DNA of 64,000 bases. Origin: an uncultured Candidatus Saccharibacteria bacterium. GTDB taxonomy: Bacteria > Patescibacteriota > Dojkabacteria > SC72. The translations under genes and the position numbers were made by a program. The stretch is from the NCBI GenBank assembly GCA_964618765.1, contig CAZUDZ010000001.1, positions 69,826 through 133,825 on the forward strand. The letters are read 5' to 3'. Below, one piece after another: positions 45,564 through 55,977 of the stretch (position 1 is the first letter of the stretch; each line of letters opens with the position of its first letter). The notes below the pieces were generated by a model, which was not told the origin of the DNA, ran no database searches, and was given only the letters and a program-made list of their open reading frames with translations.

Positions 45564-48095
45564 ATGCAAAGTGTCAACACAAAAAAGAATGAAATCTTCT
45601 TTTTTGAAGAGTATTCCTCAAAAGATCTTAACGAGAATCGTGTTGGGAGGAAGGGTTTGAGCCTCTTTAAACTTAAGGATATGGATGTTCCAGTTCCTGA
45701 ATTCTTTGTTGTCTCAAGCGACGCTTTTGTAGATCTCACTTTTAATTCTCTGCAGGAGAATAATAAAAAGCTTTTAGCCAAAGGAAGAAATCCAGAAACA
45801 GAAGAAATTGAAGATGTTTTTCTTAAGCAAGATTTCCCCAAACAGACACAGGAAGAAATTCTAAGTGCATATACGAGACTTTCTGGATTTACTGATGCTT
45901 GGGTCTCAGTAAGATCTTCTGTAGTATTTCCAGAGAACCCTACTGTTTCTTTCAGTGGGATATTCTCTACTGAATTGAATGTACGAAAATTTGCAGATTT
46001 ACAGGGTGCAATTAAAAAAATCTATGCTTCAATGTTTTCAGATGATGTTGTTGCATATGCTTCGAAGATGGGAATAGATTTAGCAGAAGTTAAACTGGCA
46101 GTTGTCGTACAAAAGATGGTTCAGTCAGAGGTCTCTGGGGTAGCTTTCACCGTAGATCCGATAACTCAGGATAATACGAAACTGAGTATAGAAGTAGTAT
46201 TCGGATTAGGAGATGTGATTTCTTTAGGAGAAATCACACCAGACACATATCTTCTTAACAAAAAAGACCTAACAATTGTGGAGAAACATATTGCACCTCA
46301 GGAGTGGATGAAAGTAAGAACACTTCGCTCTTCTAAGGGTAAAGGGAAGAAAGAAAATATTGAGAAGATAAAGATATCTAGTAATTGGAGTCACAGGCAG
46401 AAACTTTCTGACAAGGATATGGAGGAGATCTCTAAGATAGCCTTAATAGTTGAGAATAAATCTAGACAGATCCAAAATATTGAGTGGGTTCTTTCTGGAG
46501 GGAGGTTTTGGATACTTCAGAATAAACCTTTGTATGAATCTGTAGCAAGAGAGAATGTCTCTGTCTTAAGTTCGGATTTAACAAGGAAGAACATTCGAGA
46601 GCTTCTCATTGGTTTTGTTGAGAAATACAAAGGAGAGAGTATGATTGTTTCTCAAGCGGTTTCGGATGCTCAGAAGATGGTTAAGAGAAGTAGTAGTGAT
46701 GCAGCTCAGAAGCTTGAGAAGTTAATTCTTTCTGCTAAGAAAGAGTCAGAGCCTGTATCTACAAAGCAGGAAGACTTCGTAGCTTCTGGAATTGGTGCAA
46801 GTTTTGGAGTTGCTGTTGGAAAGGTTACTGTGTTGGATGGTCCTGTTGAGAAGAAATTTCGTAAGGATGACATCTTACTCATAAAGAGATACTCCTCAGA
46901 GATGGAGACAGCAATCATAAGCTGTGGTGGAGTTGTGATGGATACTGGAGGTCTTACTAGCGATACCGCAATACTTTGTAGAGAGGTTGGAGTCCCAGCT
47001 GTTGTCGGTACAGGTAACGCTTCTAAAACCATTAAATCTGGAGATTGGGTTAAGATAGATGGGAATGCAGGAACAGTATATTTAGTCGAAAAAGCACAGG
47101 TGGAGTCTAAGAAAGAAATTCATCCTGTGATACAAGCATATAGCCAAGGAGATGTAGAAGAGAAAAAAGAGGAGGACAGACAAGAAGGAGAAAAGGCTAT
47201 TCCTCCTAAAGACACTTCTCTACCCCCTTCTGCTACCAAAGTATTTAGTATGGCTGATTTAAAACCAGAGAAGCTTTTTAACTATGTAGGAAACTCTCAT
47301 GGTATTGTATTTCTCGATTTAGATAAAATTCTTCTGGAAGATGGTCGTCATATCATGGCATATGTGGAGGATAAGAAATTTGTAGATTTTTCTAACAGCA
47401 TATGTGAGAAAATTCTAGAGTATGTGGACTTAGCACAAGGAAACGAAGTAATTATTTCCATTGGTTCTAGCAAAGTAAAAGATTTTAGAGAATTAACTAA
47501 GGGCAAAGCATATGAGGATAGCTCTTTAGCCGACGAAGTATACGGAGCAGTTCACTACATTAATAATTTAGATATGTTAAAAAGAGTTCTTAAGATAGTA
47601 AGGAGAGTTAGGAATGTATTCCAGAAAAGAAATATCTCCATTGCACTTCACTCCCCTATGAGTGGAGAGATAATGAAGGAGTTTAAAAAACAACTCTCTG
47701 GAGAGAAATTAAGAAGGACATCTACTTTTAAAGTTTATGCAATCTTAGATAATCCTGCTGAAATAATTCTTGCTGATGAAATAGCTGGAAGTAAAATAGA
47801 CGGCTTCATACTAAACATGCCTAGAATAGTAAGACAGATGCAAGGATTTAAGTTTGATGATGTAAATGCCAGATACGATTTAACTAGGAACAGTGTTTTT
47901 AAAGCCTTGGACAATGTCATAGATGTTGTTAAAGATCAAACAGACCAAATCATTGTCGTTATTGAAAATAGCAAACCGCTACTTAGGTACTGTGTACAAA
48001 CCGGAGTGTATGGAGTGTCAGTATTTTCAGAAGATATTGCAGAGGCCAGAAAGGTTGTGTTTGATGAGGAAAGTAAACTCATATTGGATAAATAG
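45564..48095 (+). CDS. PEP-utilizing enzyme family protein (PEP synthase / pyruvate phosphate dikinase-like) with His-to-Asp substitution at the swivel-domain phospho-acceptor
   Basis: N-terminal ATP-grasp PPDK_N-like domain (GRKGLSLFKLKDMDVPVPEFFVVSSDAF). Mobile domain GGVVMDTGGLTSDTAILCREVGVPAVVGTGNA aligns to the canonical GG[RL]TSHAAIIARELGIPAVVG with D in place of the catalytic H. A ~330-aa C-terminal domain follows. Confidence 0.6.
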   Translation: MQSVNTKKNEIFFFEEYSSKDLNENRVGRKGLSLFKLKDMDVPVPEFFVVSSDAFVDLTFNSLQENNKKLLAKGRNPETEEIEDVFLKQDFPKQTQEEILSAYTRLSGFTDAWVSVRSSVVFPENPTVSFSGIFSTELNVRKFADLQGAIKKIYASMFSDDVVAYASKMGIDLAEVKLAVVVQKMVQSEVSGVAFTVDPITQDNTKLSIEVVFGLGDVISLGEITPDTYLLNKKDLTIVEKHIAPQEWMKVRTLRSSKGKGKKENIEKIKISSNWSHRQKLSDKDMEEISKIALIVENKSRQIQNIEWVLSGGRFWILQNKPLYESVARENVSVLSSDLTRKNIRELLIGFVEKYKGESMIVSQAVSDAQKMVKRSSSDAAQKLEKLILSAKKESEPVSTKQEDFVASGIGASFGVAVGKVTVLDGPVEKKFRKDDILLIKRYSSEMETAIISCGGVVMDTGGLTSDTAILCREVGVPAVVGTGNASKTIKSGDWVKIDGNAGTVYLVEKAQVESKKEIHPVIQAYSQGDVEEKKEEDRQEGEKAIPPKDTSLPPSATKVFSMADLKPEKLFNYVGNSHGIVFLDLDKILLEDGRHIMAYVEDKKFVDFSNSICEKILEYVDLAQGNEVIISIGSSKVKDFRELTKGKAYEDSSLADEVYGAVHYINNLDMLKRVLKIVRRVRNVFQKRNISIALHSPMSGEIMKEFKKQLSGEKLRRTSTFKVYAILDNPAEIILADEIAGSKIDGFILNMPRIVRQMQGFKFDDVNARYDLTRNSVFKALDNVIDVVKDQTDQIIVVIENSKPLLRYCVQTGVYGVSVFSEDIAEARKVVFDEESKLILDK

Positions 48096-48155
48096 AAGAA
48101 TTCTCTGCCCTCTGTCCTGTAGTGTATTCCTCCTACTTCGTGATATACTTTCTTA

Positions 48156-50759
48156 ATGAATCTAACCCCTATGATGCAACAATATCTGGGTTTTAAAAAA
48201 CAGTACCCAGGTAAAATACTTCTTTTTAGAATGGGAGATTTTTTTGAAACTTTCGGTGATGATGCTAAAGTAGCCTCTAAAGTTTTAAATATCACCCTTA
48301 CCAAGAGAGACAAGAAAAAAGATGGTACACTCCTAGCAGGATTTCCATACAAAGCATTAGATCAATACTTACCCAAACTAGTAGAGGCTGGATACTGTGT
48401 AGTTGTGGTTGATCAGATAGAAGATCCCAAGATGGCTAAAGGTATAGTGAAAAGAGGGGTAACCAGAGTAGTTACACCAGGGACATTAGATGGTGATCAA
48501 GCAAGTGGTATTAAAGATTCCTACCTCGCAGCAGTATACACAGAGAAGAAAGGTAGAAGTATCTCTTTATGTGATATGTCTACAGGTAAATTTCTCTTAA
48601 TTAGTAACTCTTCTCTTAAAGATTCTCTTAAGCATGTAAAAGCTTCCTACTCTCCTGTTGAGATTCTATTAATAGAGGGAGAAGAACAAATTGATGTTGA
48701 CAAAACCCCTATACAATTTGTTAAAAAAGGGTTGAAGAACAAAAAGTATGCAAGTGAACTAATCAAGGAGTTTTATGATGTTAAAAATATACAAGCATTA
48801 GATATAGAAGAGGAATCGAGAGATGTTGTTTCAGTTGCGATGATAATCCAGTATATAAAGGAAACACAATTGATGAACCCCTCGCATATAAGTAAGCCCA
48901 AAAGAGTAAGTTTAAATAAAAGTATGATTTTAGATTCTTTCACCATTCATAATCTAGAATTAGTCACAAATTCATATACTGGAGATTATGAAAACTCTCT
49001 TTTTTCTGTAATAGATAAAACAGAAACAAGGATGGGCAGGAGACTTCTTTACTCTTGGATTTTAAATCCACTTGTTGAAAAAAGAAAGATAGATGAGAGG
49101 TTAGACTTTGTAGAAAAGTTAGTAAAGAATAAAACTCTTCTAAAAGACATAAAGGAGAAACTTTCCAATATTAATGATATTGAAAGAATTGTTGGTAAGA
49201 TTGGTTTAAATAGAGCTAATGCAAGAGATATGAAAGCTCTACAAGAATCTTTAGAGAGTGCTCTTAATATCCTAAGTGACATCAAAAAGAAAGTAGGTAT
49301 AGATTACAAGCATTTGGATAAAAAAGTATTTAAGAATATTCTCCAACAGATATCCAAAACGATAATTGAAGATCCTCCCCTATCCATAGCAGAGGGCGGG
49401 ATTATTCAAAATAATTTTAACAAACAGGTAGATGAGCTTCGCTCTTTAACAGGAGACAGCAAATCATGGATAAGAGAGTTTGAGAAACAGGAGAGAGAAA
49501 GAACAAAAATAACCTCTTTAAAGGTTAGTTTTAACAAGGTTTTCGGATATTACATAGAAGTAACAAAAACCCATCAAGACAAAGTTCCTAAGGATTATAT
49601 TAGAAAACAGACACTTGTTAATTCAGAAAGATACATAACGGAAGAACTTAAAGAAAGAGAAAGTGTAATACTAAATGCCCAAGAGAAGATATGCGAATTG
49701 GAGTATGAACTTTTTAATGAATTTCGTAATTCTTTAATACCACATATAGAACAATTGCAAAATATCTCTACAGTAATTGCACAAATAGATGTTTACGCAG
49801 GTTTCTCAACCTTAGGTTTAGAAGCAGAGTATGTTAAGCCAGAAATATTCGAGATGGGAGAACAGAAAGGGGTAATTAATATTGTAAATGGCAGGCACCC
49901 TATTGTAGAAAATGTTACAGAAGAATTTATTTCTAATGATACATACTTGGATCTTGAGAGTTACAATATGGCAATATTAACGGGTCCTAATATGTCTGGA
50001 AAGTCTACATATATTAGACAGGTTGCTACTATCGTACTTCTTGCTCAGATAGGGAGCTTTGTTCCTGCTAGGAGTGCTCAGATTTCTTTAGTAGATAGGA
50101 TATTTACTAGAGTTGGTGCATCAGATGATTTAAGCCGAGGCAGGAGTACCTTCATGGTAGAGATGGATGAAGCTGCAAATATTATAAACAATGCTACAAA
50201 GTATAGCCTAATAGTTCTAGATGAAATAGGAAGAGGTACAAGTACCTACGACGGAGTTAGTATTGCTTGGGCACTATCTGAATATCTAATTAAAGAACTT
50301 AAAGCTCGTACTCTGTTTGCAACTCACTATCATGAGCTACTAAAGCTATCTGAAAAATATCCAGAGAGAGTTAAGAACTTAAATGTTCTTGTAGAAGAAG
50401 ATATAGAGGAAGGGACAGTTATCTTCTTAAGAAAAATAGTCGAGGGAGGAACTGACAGAAGCTACGGTATATATGTAGCTAAAATGGCTGGTCTTCCTGA
50501 TGGCATTATAAAAAGAGCTAATGAAATACTGGAGGGTTTTGAACAGAAGAGTATGTTTACAAAAGATGGAGATGTTAGAGAGAGTAATTTTGGTAAATTA
50601 GAAGGAGAAAGTAAATATCAACTTCAGAATGGTTTACAGTACCCCCTATTTACAGCAAAAGAATCAGAGATAGAGAGAGAGATTCAGAAGATTGATATAG
50701 ACAATCTCACTCCCCTAGAAGCTTTAAACAAAATATCTAAATGGAAGAAGGAAGTCTAA
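48156..50759 (+). CDS. mutS: DNA mismatch repair protein MutS
   Basis: 867 aa. N-terminal mismatch-binding MQQYLGFKKQYPGKILLFRMGDFFETF. Walker A GPNMSGKSTYIRQ. C-terminal ...STFMVEMDE.... Confidence 0.9.
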   Translation: MNLTPMMQQYLGFKKQYPGKILLFRMGDFFETFGDDAKVASKVLNITLTKRDKKKDGTLLAGFPYKALDQYLPKLVEAGYCVVVVDQIEDPKMAKGIVKRGVTRVVTPGTLDGDQASGIKDSYLAAVYTEKKGRSISLCDMSTGKFLLISNSSLKDSLKHVKASYSPVEILLIEGEEQIDVDKTPIQFVKKGLKNKKYASELIKEFYDVKNIQALDIEEESRDVVSVAMIIQYIKETQLMNPSHISKPKRVSLNKSMILDSFTIHNLELVTNSYTGDYENSLFSVIDKTETRMGRRLLYSWILNPLVEKRKIDERLDFVEKLVKNKTLLKDIKEKLSNINDIERIVGKIGLNRANARDMKALQESLESALNILSDIKKKVGIDYKHLDKKVFKNILQQISKTIIEDPPLSIAEGGIIQNNFNKQVDELRSLTGDSKSWIREFEKQERERTKITSLKVSFNKVFGYYIEVTKTHQDKVPKDYIRKQTLVNSERYITEELKERESVILNAQEKICELEYELFNEFRNSLIPHIEQLQNISTVIAQIDVYAGFSTLGLEAEYVKPEIFEMGEQKGVINIVNGRHPIVENVTEEFISNDTYLDLESYNMAILTGPNMSGKSTYIRQVATIVLLAQIGSFVPARSAQISLVDRIFTRVGASDDLSRGRSTFMVEMDEAANIINNATKYSLIVLDEIGRGTSTYDGVSIAWALSEYLIKELKARTLFATHYHELLKLSEKYPERVKNLNVLVEEDIEEGTVIFLRKIVEGGTDRSYGIYVAKMAGLPDGIIKRANEILEGFEQKSMFTKDGDVRESNFGKLEGESKYQLQNGLQYPLFTAKESEIEREIQKIDIDNLTPLEALNKISKWKKEV

Positions 50760-51460
50760 ATCGAAAGGAAGTATCCCTGACCATACCTGTTTGTAATTAT
50801 ATCTAGCCCTGTAGCTTCTTTAAACTTTCTTCTTATCCTATTTATCCTAGCTCTTACTGTACTTTCTAAAACATCCTCCCCTCTACTGTTCTCTACTACT
50901 TTTTTAATGCAGGAACAGCTAAGAGGAGCAGATTGCTCCATTAGTATTGAAAGTAGAAAGCACTCTTCTTTTGAAAGGAATATCTTACAATCATTGTATA
51001 CTGCATACTGCTCTTTCTGATTTAAGATTAACCCATGATATTTCTTAATGTTAAATCCATGATCGTGCATATATGAAGAGTATCTAAAGAAAAGGGTTTC
51101 TACTATTATCTCGCTTAGGGGTTTAATTATTACTAAGTGTGGTATATAAGTTTTCTCTCTTTGACTATTTTTATATCTAACCCAACACTCCTCGTCAGAA
51201 ATTATGAAGATAGGTACCGAGATATATCGCTGATTTAATAATCTAAGAAGATAATTTAGAGAAGACATATTAATATCTGTTTTGAATAGGTCTATATCTA
51301 CAAAAATCATTGTTACACAGGGATATTGTGTGATTGGTTCTACTTCACTGTCAATTATAAGGTTTAGAGTCTCTACTTTTGTTATTACATCTCGAAAGAA
51401 CTTCTTAATCCCAATATCTTTAGATATCAGTAAAGCCACACTACTTGTTTGGTAGTACAT
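50756..51460 (-). CDS. OmpR/PhoB-type winged-helix transcriptional regulator with a degenerate receiver-like N-terminal domain
   Basis: The C-terminal LSKEECFLLSILMEQ...VRARINRIRRKF...NRYGQGYFLS matches the OmpR-family wHTH. The N-terminal domain lacks a clear DD...D...T...K receiver signature. Confidence 0.55.
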   Translation of the reverse strand: MYYQTSSVALLISKDIGIKKFFRDVITKVETLNLIIDSEVEPITQYPCVTMIFVDIDLFKTDINMSSLNYLLRLLNQRYISVPIFIISDEECWVRYKNSQREKTYIPHLVIIKPLSEIIVETLFFRYSSYMHDHGFNIKKYHGLILNQKEQYAVYNDCKIFLSKEECFLLSILMEQSAPLSCSCIKKVVENSRGEDVLESTVRARINRIRRKFKEATGLDIITNRYGQGYFLSI

Positions 51461-51543
51461 GAATTAATCATAGTAAAAAGAGTTGACAATTTTCTGACAG
51501 AAAAAATTGAAGTAATAATTGGCTTTAAAAAGAGATCTAGTTT

Positions 51544-52872
51544 TTAGTTATTTTGTTCTGTCTTTATCCTATCTACCGCCTCTTCTAGAGTGAGTGATCT
51601 TTGTTCGGTTTCTTTCATGTTTTTCAGTACTACTTTCTTTTGCTCAATTTCATCTTCCCCTATTATAATAACCCAAGGAAAGTTTTTTCTATTTGCATAT
51701 TTAAGCTGTTTGGACAATTTGGTAGGATTCAATTGTATTTCAGTTCTGATCTCCTTGCCTCTTAGGTATTGTGCTGTTTTAGAAACTTCTTCGTACAAGG
51801 ATTTGCCCATTAGGGGAATGAATACATCGGATGTAGATCCTATGTCAGGTAGCAGATTATATGTTTCGAGATAATTTATGGTAGTTACATCTCCCCAACC
51901 CAAACCAAAGGCAGGAATATTTTCTTCGTCAAATATTTCTAAAAGATTATCATATCTTCCTCCTCCAAAAAGAGCTCTCGGATTTTTATCTCCCCCTATA
52001 TCAAACATCTCTACAACTGTCCCAGTATAATATTGAAGTCCTCTGACTATATATGGGCAAAACCTAATGTTTGTAATATTTAATTCCTCTGCCTTTTCAA
52101 AGAGTTCTAAAAGCTCTTCTGCTCCTTTTGATTTCTCTTTGATATTTTCTAAATCTCCTACTTCCCATTTTAAGAAATCTTTTAGAGTTTCTACCTGCTT
52201 ATCATCCAGCCCTATCTCAATAAGATACTCATTAAAATCTTCAGTACCCATTTTAGGGTAGGTATCTATAGCCTTTATGATTGTACCTGTCAGTTGTTGA
52301 TCTACTTTTAGAATCTCTTCTAGAAAGTAATTAAGAAGATATCTATTACTTACTTTCAGCTCATATGTTTCCTTTGGAGCTTTAAGTTGCTCCATTACGG
52401 CCATAATGAACTGTATTATCTCTATCTCCGCCTCGATACCTTTAACACCTAGTATGTCTATGTTTAGTTGGTAAAACTCCCTAGACCTGCCTCTTTGTGG
52501 TTTCTCATATCTATAAAATCTTCCAATATTGAACCACCTAAGAGGAAATGAAAGTTCCTTCCTCTTTGCAGCAACAATCCTAGCTAGTGAGGGAGTTAGC
52601 TCTGGTCTGATAGCAACCTCTCTTCCGCCCTTATCTTCAAAGCTGTATAGCTGGTTGTTTGCTATCTCTTCACCAGATTTCTCTTTGTATAGCTGAGCTT
52701 CCTCTATTAAGGGAGTATCATACTGCTCATACCCAAAACTTTCAGCAACATATTTCCAAGTATCAAAAAGATAGTTTCGATAATACATTTCCTCAGGGTA
52801 AGTGTCAGAAGTCCCTTTGTATGGTAATTTTGATAACTTTGTTTTCATAGAGAAATTATAGCATATAACCAA
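51544..52872 (-). CDS. hisS: Histidyl-tRNA synthetase
   Basis: 442 aa. Class II motif 2 region RFYRYEKPQRGRSREFYQLNIDILG. The C-terminal anticodon-binding domain is present. Confidence 0.9.
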   Translation of the reverse strand: MVICYNFSMKTKLSKLPYKGTSDTYPEEMYYRNYLFDTWKYVAESFGYEQYDTPLIEEAQLYKEKSGEEIANNQLYSFEDKGGREVAIRPELTPSLARIVAAKRKELSFPLRWFNIGRFYRYEKPQRGRSREFYQLNIDILGVKGIEAEIEIIQFIMAVMEQLKAPKETYELKVSNRYLLNYFLEEILKVDQQLTGTIIKAIDTYPKMGTEDFNEYLIEIGLDDKQVETLKDFLKWEVGDLENIKEKSKGAEELLELFEKAEELNITNIRFCPYIVRGLQYYTGTVVEMFDIGGDKNPRALFGGGRYDNLLEIFDEENIPAFGLGWGDVTTINYLETYNLLPDIGSTSDVFIPLMGKSLYEEVSKTAQYLRGKEIRTEIQLNPTKLSKQLKYANRKNFPWVIIIGEDEIEQKKVVLKNMKETEQRSLTLEEAVDRIKTEQNN

Positions 52873-52950
52873 GAGTACATCCTTTATATATGTGTTTTTA
52901 AGTTACCCCCACAGTTGAATATGAGGTTTAAATGAGTTATATTCTATACT

Positions 52951-55900
52951 ATGAAGTATAGTGTTGGGTTAACCAATTCCAGAAATAAGAAGAGGAGTTC
53001 TAGAAGTTCAAGTAGGAAAAGAAATTTTAACAGAGCATTCTCTCCTTCTAAGTTTGACAAGTTCAAAAACTTTAAGAAATACAATGCTAAGAATACCAAG
53101 AAGAAAGCATCTAAATCCCCTACCCGAGCTGGAAGTGTAAGTAAAAAAAGTCAGATTAAGAACCTAAAAAAGAAAAAAATTCTTTACATCGCGATTGGGA
53201 TAGTTTTTTTTGTAGGATGTCTACTTCTCATTGGTATAGGAATCTATCTTAAAAATCTACAAAATTCTCTACCCTCCCCCGATGAGCTTGTAGATAGAGC
53301 TTCCGATCAAAGTACTCAGATATTGGATAGGGATGGTGAGCTTCTTTACCGAGTATATGGAGAAAAGAATCGAGAGTTTGTTTCAATAGATAAGATCCCA
53401 GAACATACTAGATGGGCTTTGCTCTCTGCAGAAGATATAGAGTTTTACCAGCATAAAGGAGTTGATTATCTTAGTATTGCTAAGGCTTTTGTTCAAAATC
53501 TAAGTGCTGGTGGAGTTGTTAGAGGTGCTAGTACTATTACTCAACAGTTAGTTAAGACAACTATTCTTTATGATGTCTTGGGTGAAGAGGCGTATGCTCA
53601 GACATATAGCAGGAAGATAAAGGAGGTCCTCATAACTATGCAGGTTGAACAAACATTTAGTAAGGATGAAATTTTACAGATGTATATGAATGAAGTACCT
53701 TTGGGAGGTGTTAATTACGGTTTTCAGGCAGCAGCAAACGCATATTTTGGTAAAGATGTGGGAGATTTAACTCTAGCAGAGAGTGCTCTTCTATCTGGAT
53801 TAATTCAAAGTCCAGGAGTTTATTCTCCTTTGTATGGTTCTAATCCAGAGAAAGCAAAAGACAGGCAGGAATGGGTTTTAGGTCAGATGCTAAAGAATAA
53901 AAAGTTAACAGGTGTAACAAAAGAAGAAATAGAAGAGGCAAAAGAAGAGGAACTAGCATACCAGACAAGAGATATAGACATTGATGCTCCTCATTTTGTT
54001 TTCTATGTAAAACAGCTTTTAGAAGAAGAGTTTGGTGTAGACAGAGTAGAAAGAGGTGGCCTTAAGGTTACTACTTCATTAAATTCTTCTCTACAACAAA
54101 TAGCAGAAGAAGAGATCGCAAAGGGAGTAGGAAATGCAGCTAGATATAATGTTAATAATGGCTCTATGGTTGTTCTTGATCCTAAGACAGGTCAAGTTCT
54201 TGCTATGGTTGGATCCATAGATTATTTCAACACAGAAGATCCTCGTGTAGATGGCAATGTAAATATAGCAACTAGCTTAAGACAGATGGGTTCTGCAATT
54301 AAACCCTTTGTATATTTAACGGCAATTCATCAGGGATATGGGCCTTGGTTGTTAACCCCAGATGTCAAAGAAATTTCTTTTGGTAATTACAAGCCAACAA
54401 ACTGGGACAGAAAGTATGATGGTCTAATGACTGCAAGGAAAGCCCTTGTTCTATCTAGGAATATTCCATCTGTATATACTTTACAATTATCAGGGATAGA
54501 TAATTTCTTACAAACTATTGAAAAAGTTGGGGTAACCGGAATGACCAAGCGGGCAGATTATGGTCTTAGCTTAGGATTGGGGTCTGGAGAAATGAAGCTT
54601 TTAGAATTTACTAACGCTTATGCTACTTTAGCAAATAGTGGAGTTAGACAGGAGATAACTCCTATTTTAAAGGTAGAGAATTCTAAAGGGGAAGTCTTAC
54701 TAGAAGCGAAGGAGAGTAAAGGGACTAGAGTTATAGATGAGAAAGAGGCATACCTTCTTAATTGGATGATTTGTGACTTACCTGGTTTTGGTGATAGGTA
54801 TGGAAATAAGTATTTTTACATAGGAAAAAGTAAGCTTTGTGGAAAGACAGGAACTACTGATGGTCCTAGAGACTTGTTAGCATTTCTGTACAATCAAAAT
54901 ATCGCAGTAGGAGTTTGGACTGGTAATAATAATAATGCTGAGATGCCTGGAGGATGGTCCTCTACTATCCCACTACCACTGGCCAACTCCTTTTTAAGGA
55001 GAGTTATAGAAAACTACCCTTCTGGGACATATAATCGCCCTGCTGGGGTACTGACAACTTCTGTTTGTTTAGATACGGGAGCCTCCCCTCCCGATGGTAT
55101 AGATTGTAACAAGGAGGCCTCTTTATATATCTCTGGGCGTCCACCACAGGTAGATAAGAGAGAGATCGTTGAGGTATGTAAGGAGAATGGTTTAATACCT
55201 ACAAATCTAGAAGCTGCCAAGAAGTATGGTTTAACAGAAGTAAAAACTGTTATTGGGAATAAATTAGAAAACACTTTTCAACAAGCTGCATACGAGAAAT
55301 ATCTTACGGGGATAGAGAATTCTAACTACCTCTTTTCTAAACCTGATACTGGAGCATGTCCCTTACCTCTTGGTCCAGACAATGCTCCTATTGTTGATGT
55401 AGTTTCTCCAACTCCAGGGCAATCTGTTTCAAAGGGACAAAACTTAGAAATATCAGGTCAAGTTAGGTATCTAGAAAGCATCTCTGAATTTGTTGTCCAA
55501 TTTGCTGGAAGCAATATATCAGGTGCTGTTTTAAATGCTGATGGATCATTCGTAGTAAATCACTTTGTACCCGCAGAAACTGTCCCAGGTAATTATACCG
55601 TATCTGTTTCTGCGAAGGATAATTATGGTAAGGTAGATGTAAAGAGCATCCCTGTTACAGTAGCAAACTCAGGCTCCTCTATAGTTGTTTCACTTGCTGC
55701 TCCTCCCGCTGATGGTTCTACTGTTTTTGCTGGAAGCTCATCTCAACTTCTGGTAGCATCTGTTTCTGGGGGTACTCCTGAGGAGGTAATTTTTTCGATA
55801 TCTAAGGTAGGAGGTGGGTACAGCAAATCACTGTCAGATACAAATGGCGCGAATGGATGGAGCCAAACTTGGACCAAAGAAGCATCTGTCACAGCAGGTC

Positions 55901-55977
55901 AGTATCGTATAACGCTCTCCGCTAAAGTAGGAGGCTCTGCGATATTAGGGAATACAGTGACTGTAAATGTCGGCTAG
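52951..55977 (+). CDS. Class A penicillin-binding protein (bifunctional transglycosylase/transpeptidase) with a basic N-terminal tail and a ~300-aa C-terminal Ig-like extension
   Basis: GT51 motifs EDIEFYQHKGVD and RGASTITQQLVK. Transpeptidase SAIKPF (SxxK), SRN, KTGT. 1008 aa. Confidence 0.85.
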   Translation: MKYSVGLTNSRNKKRSSRSSSRKRNFNRAFSPSKFDKFKNFKKYNAKNTKKKASKSPTRAGSVSKKSQIKNLKKKKILYIAIGIVFFVGCLLLIGIGIYLKNLQNSLPSPDELVDRASDQSTQILDRDGELLYRVYGEKNREFVSIDKIPEHTRWALLSAEDIEFYQHKGVDYLSIAKAFVQNLSAGGVVRGASTITQQLVKTTILYDVLGEEAYAQTYSRKIKEVLITMQVEQTFSKDEILQMYMNEVPLGGVNYGFQAAANAYFGKDVGDLTLAESALLSGLIQSPGVYSPLYGSNPEKAKDRQEWVLGQMLKNKKLTGVTKEEIEEAKEEELAYQTRDIDIDAPHFVFYVKQLLEEEFGVDRVERGGLKVTTSLNSSLQQIAEEEIAKGVGNAARYNVNNGSMVVLDPKTGQVLAMVGSIDYFNTEDPRVDGNVNIATSLRQMGSAIKPFVYLTAIHQGYGPWLLTPDVKEISFGNYKPTNWDRKYDGLMTARKALVLSRNIPSVYTLQLSGIDNFLQTIEKVGVTGMTKRADYGLSLGLGSGEMKLLEFTNAYATLANSGVRQEITPILKVENSKGEVLLEAKESKGTRVIDEKEAYLLNWMICDLPGFGDRYGNKYFYIGKSKLCGKTGTTDGPRDLLAFLYNQNIAVGVWTGNNNNAEMPGGWSSTIPLPLANSFLRRVIENYPSGTYNRPAGVLTTSVCLDTGASPPDGIDCNKEASLYISGRPPQVDKREIVEVCKENGLIPTNLEAAKKYGLTEVKTVIGNKLENTFQQAAYEKYLTGIENSNYLFSKPDTGACPLPLGPDNAPIVDVVSPTPGQSVSKGQNLEISGQVRYLESISEFVVQFAGSNISGAVLNADGSFVVNHFVPAETVPGNYTVSVSAKDNYGKVDVKSIPVTVANSGSSIVVSLAAPPADGSTVFAGSSSQLLVASVSGGTPEEVIFSISKVGGGYSKSLSDTNGANGWSQTWTKEASVTAGQYRITLSAKVGGSAILGNTVTVNVG

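Noticed and set aside
51461-51543. TTGACA hexamer at about 51495 as a promoter
   Set aside because: It is on the + strand while both flanking genes are on the minus strand. No suitably spaced -10 was found for the minus-strand regulator gene.
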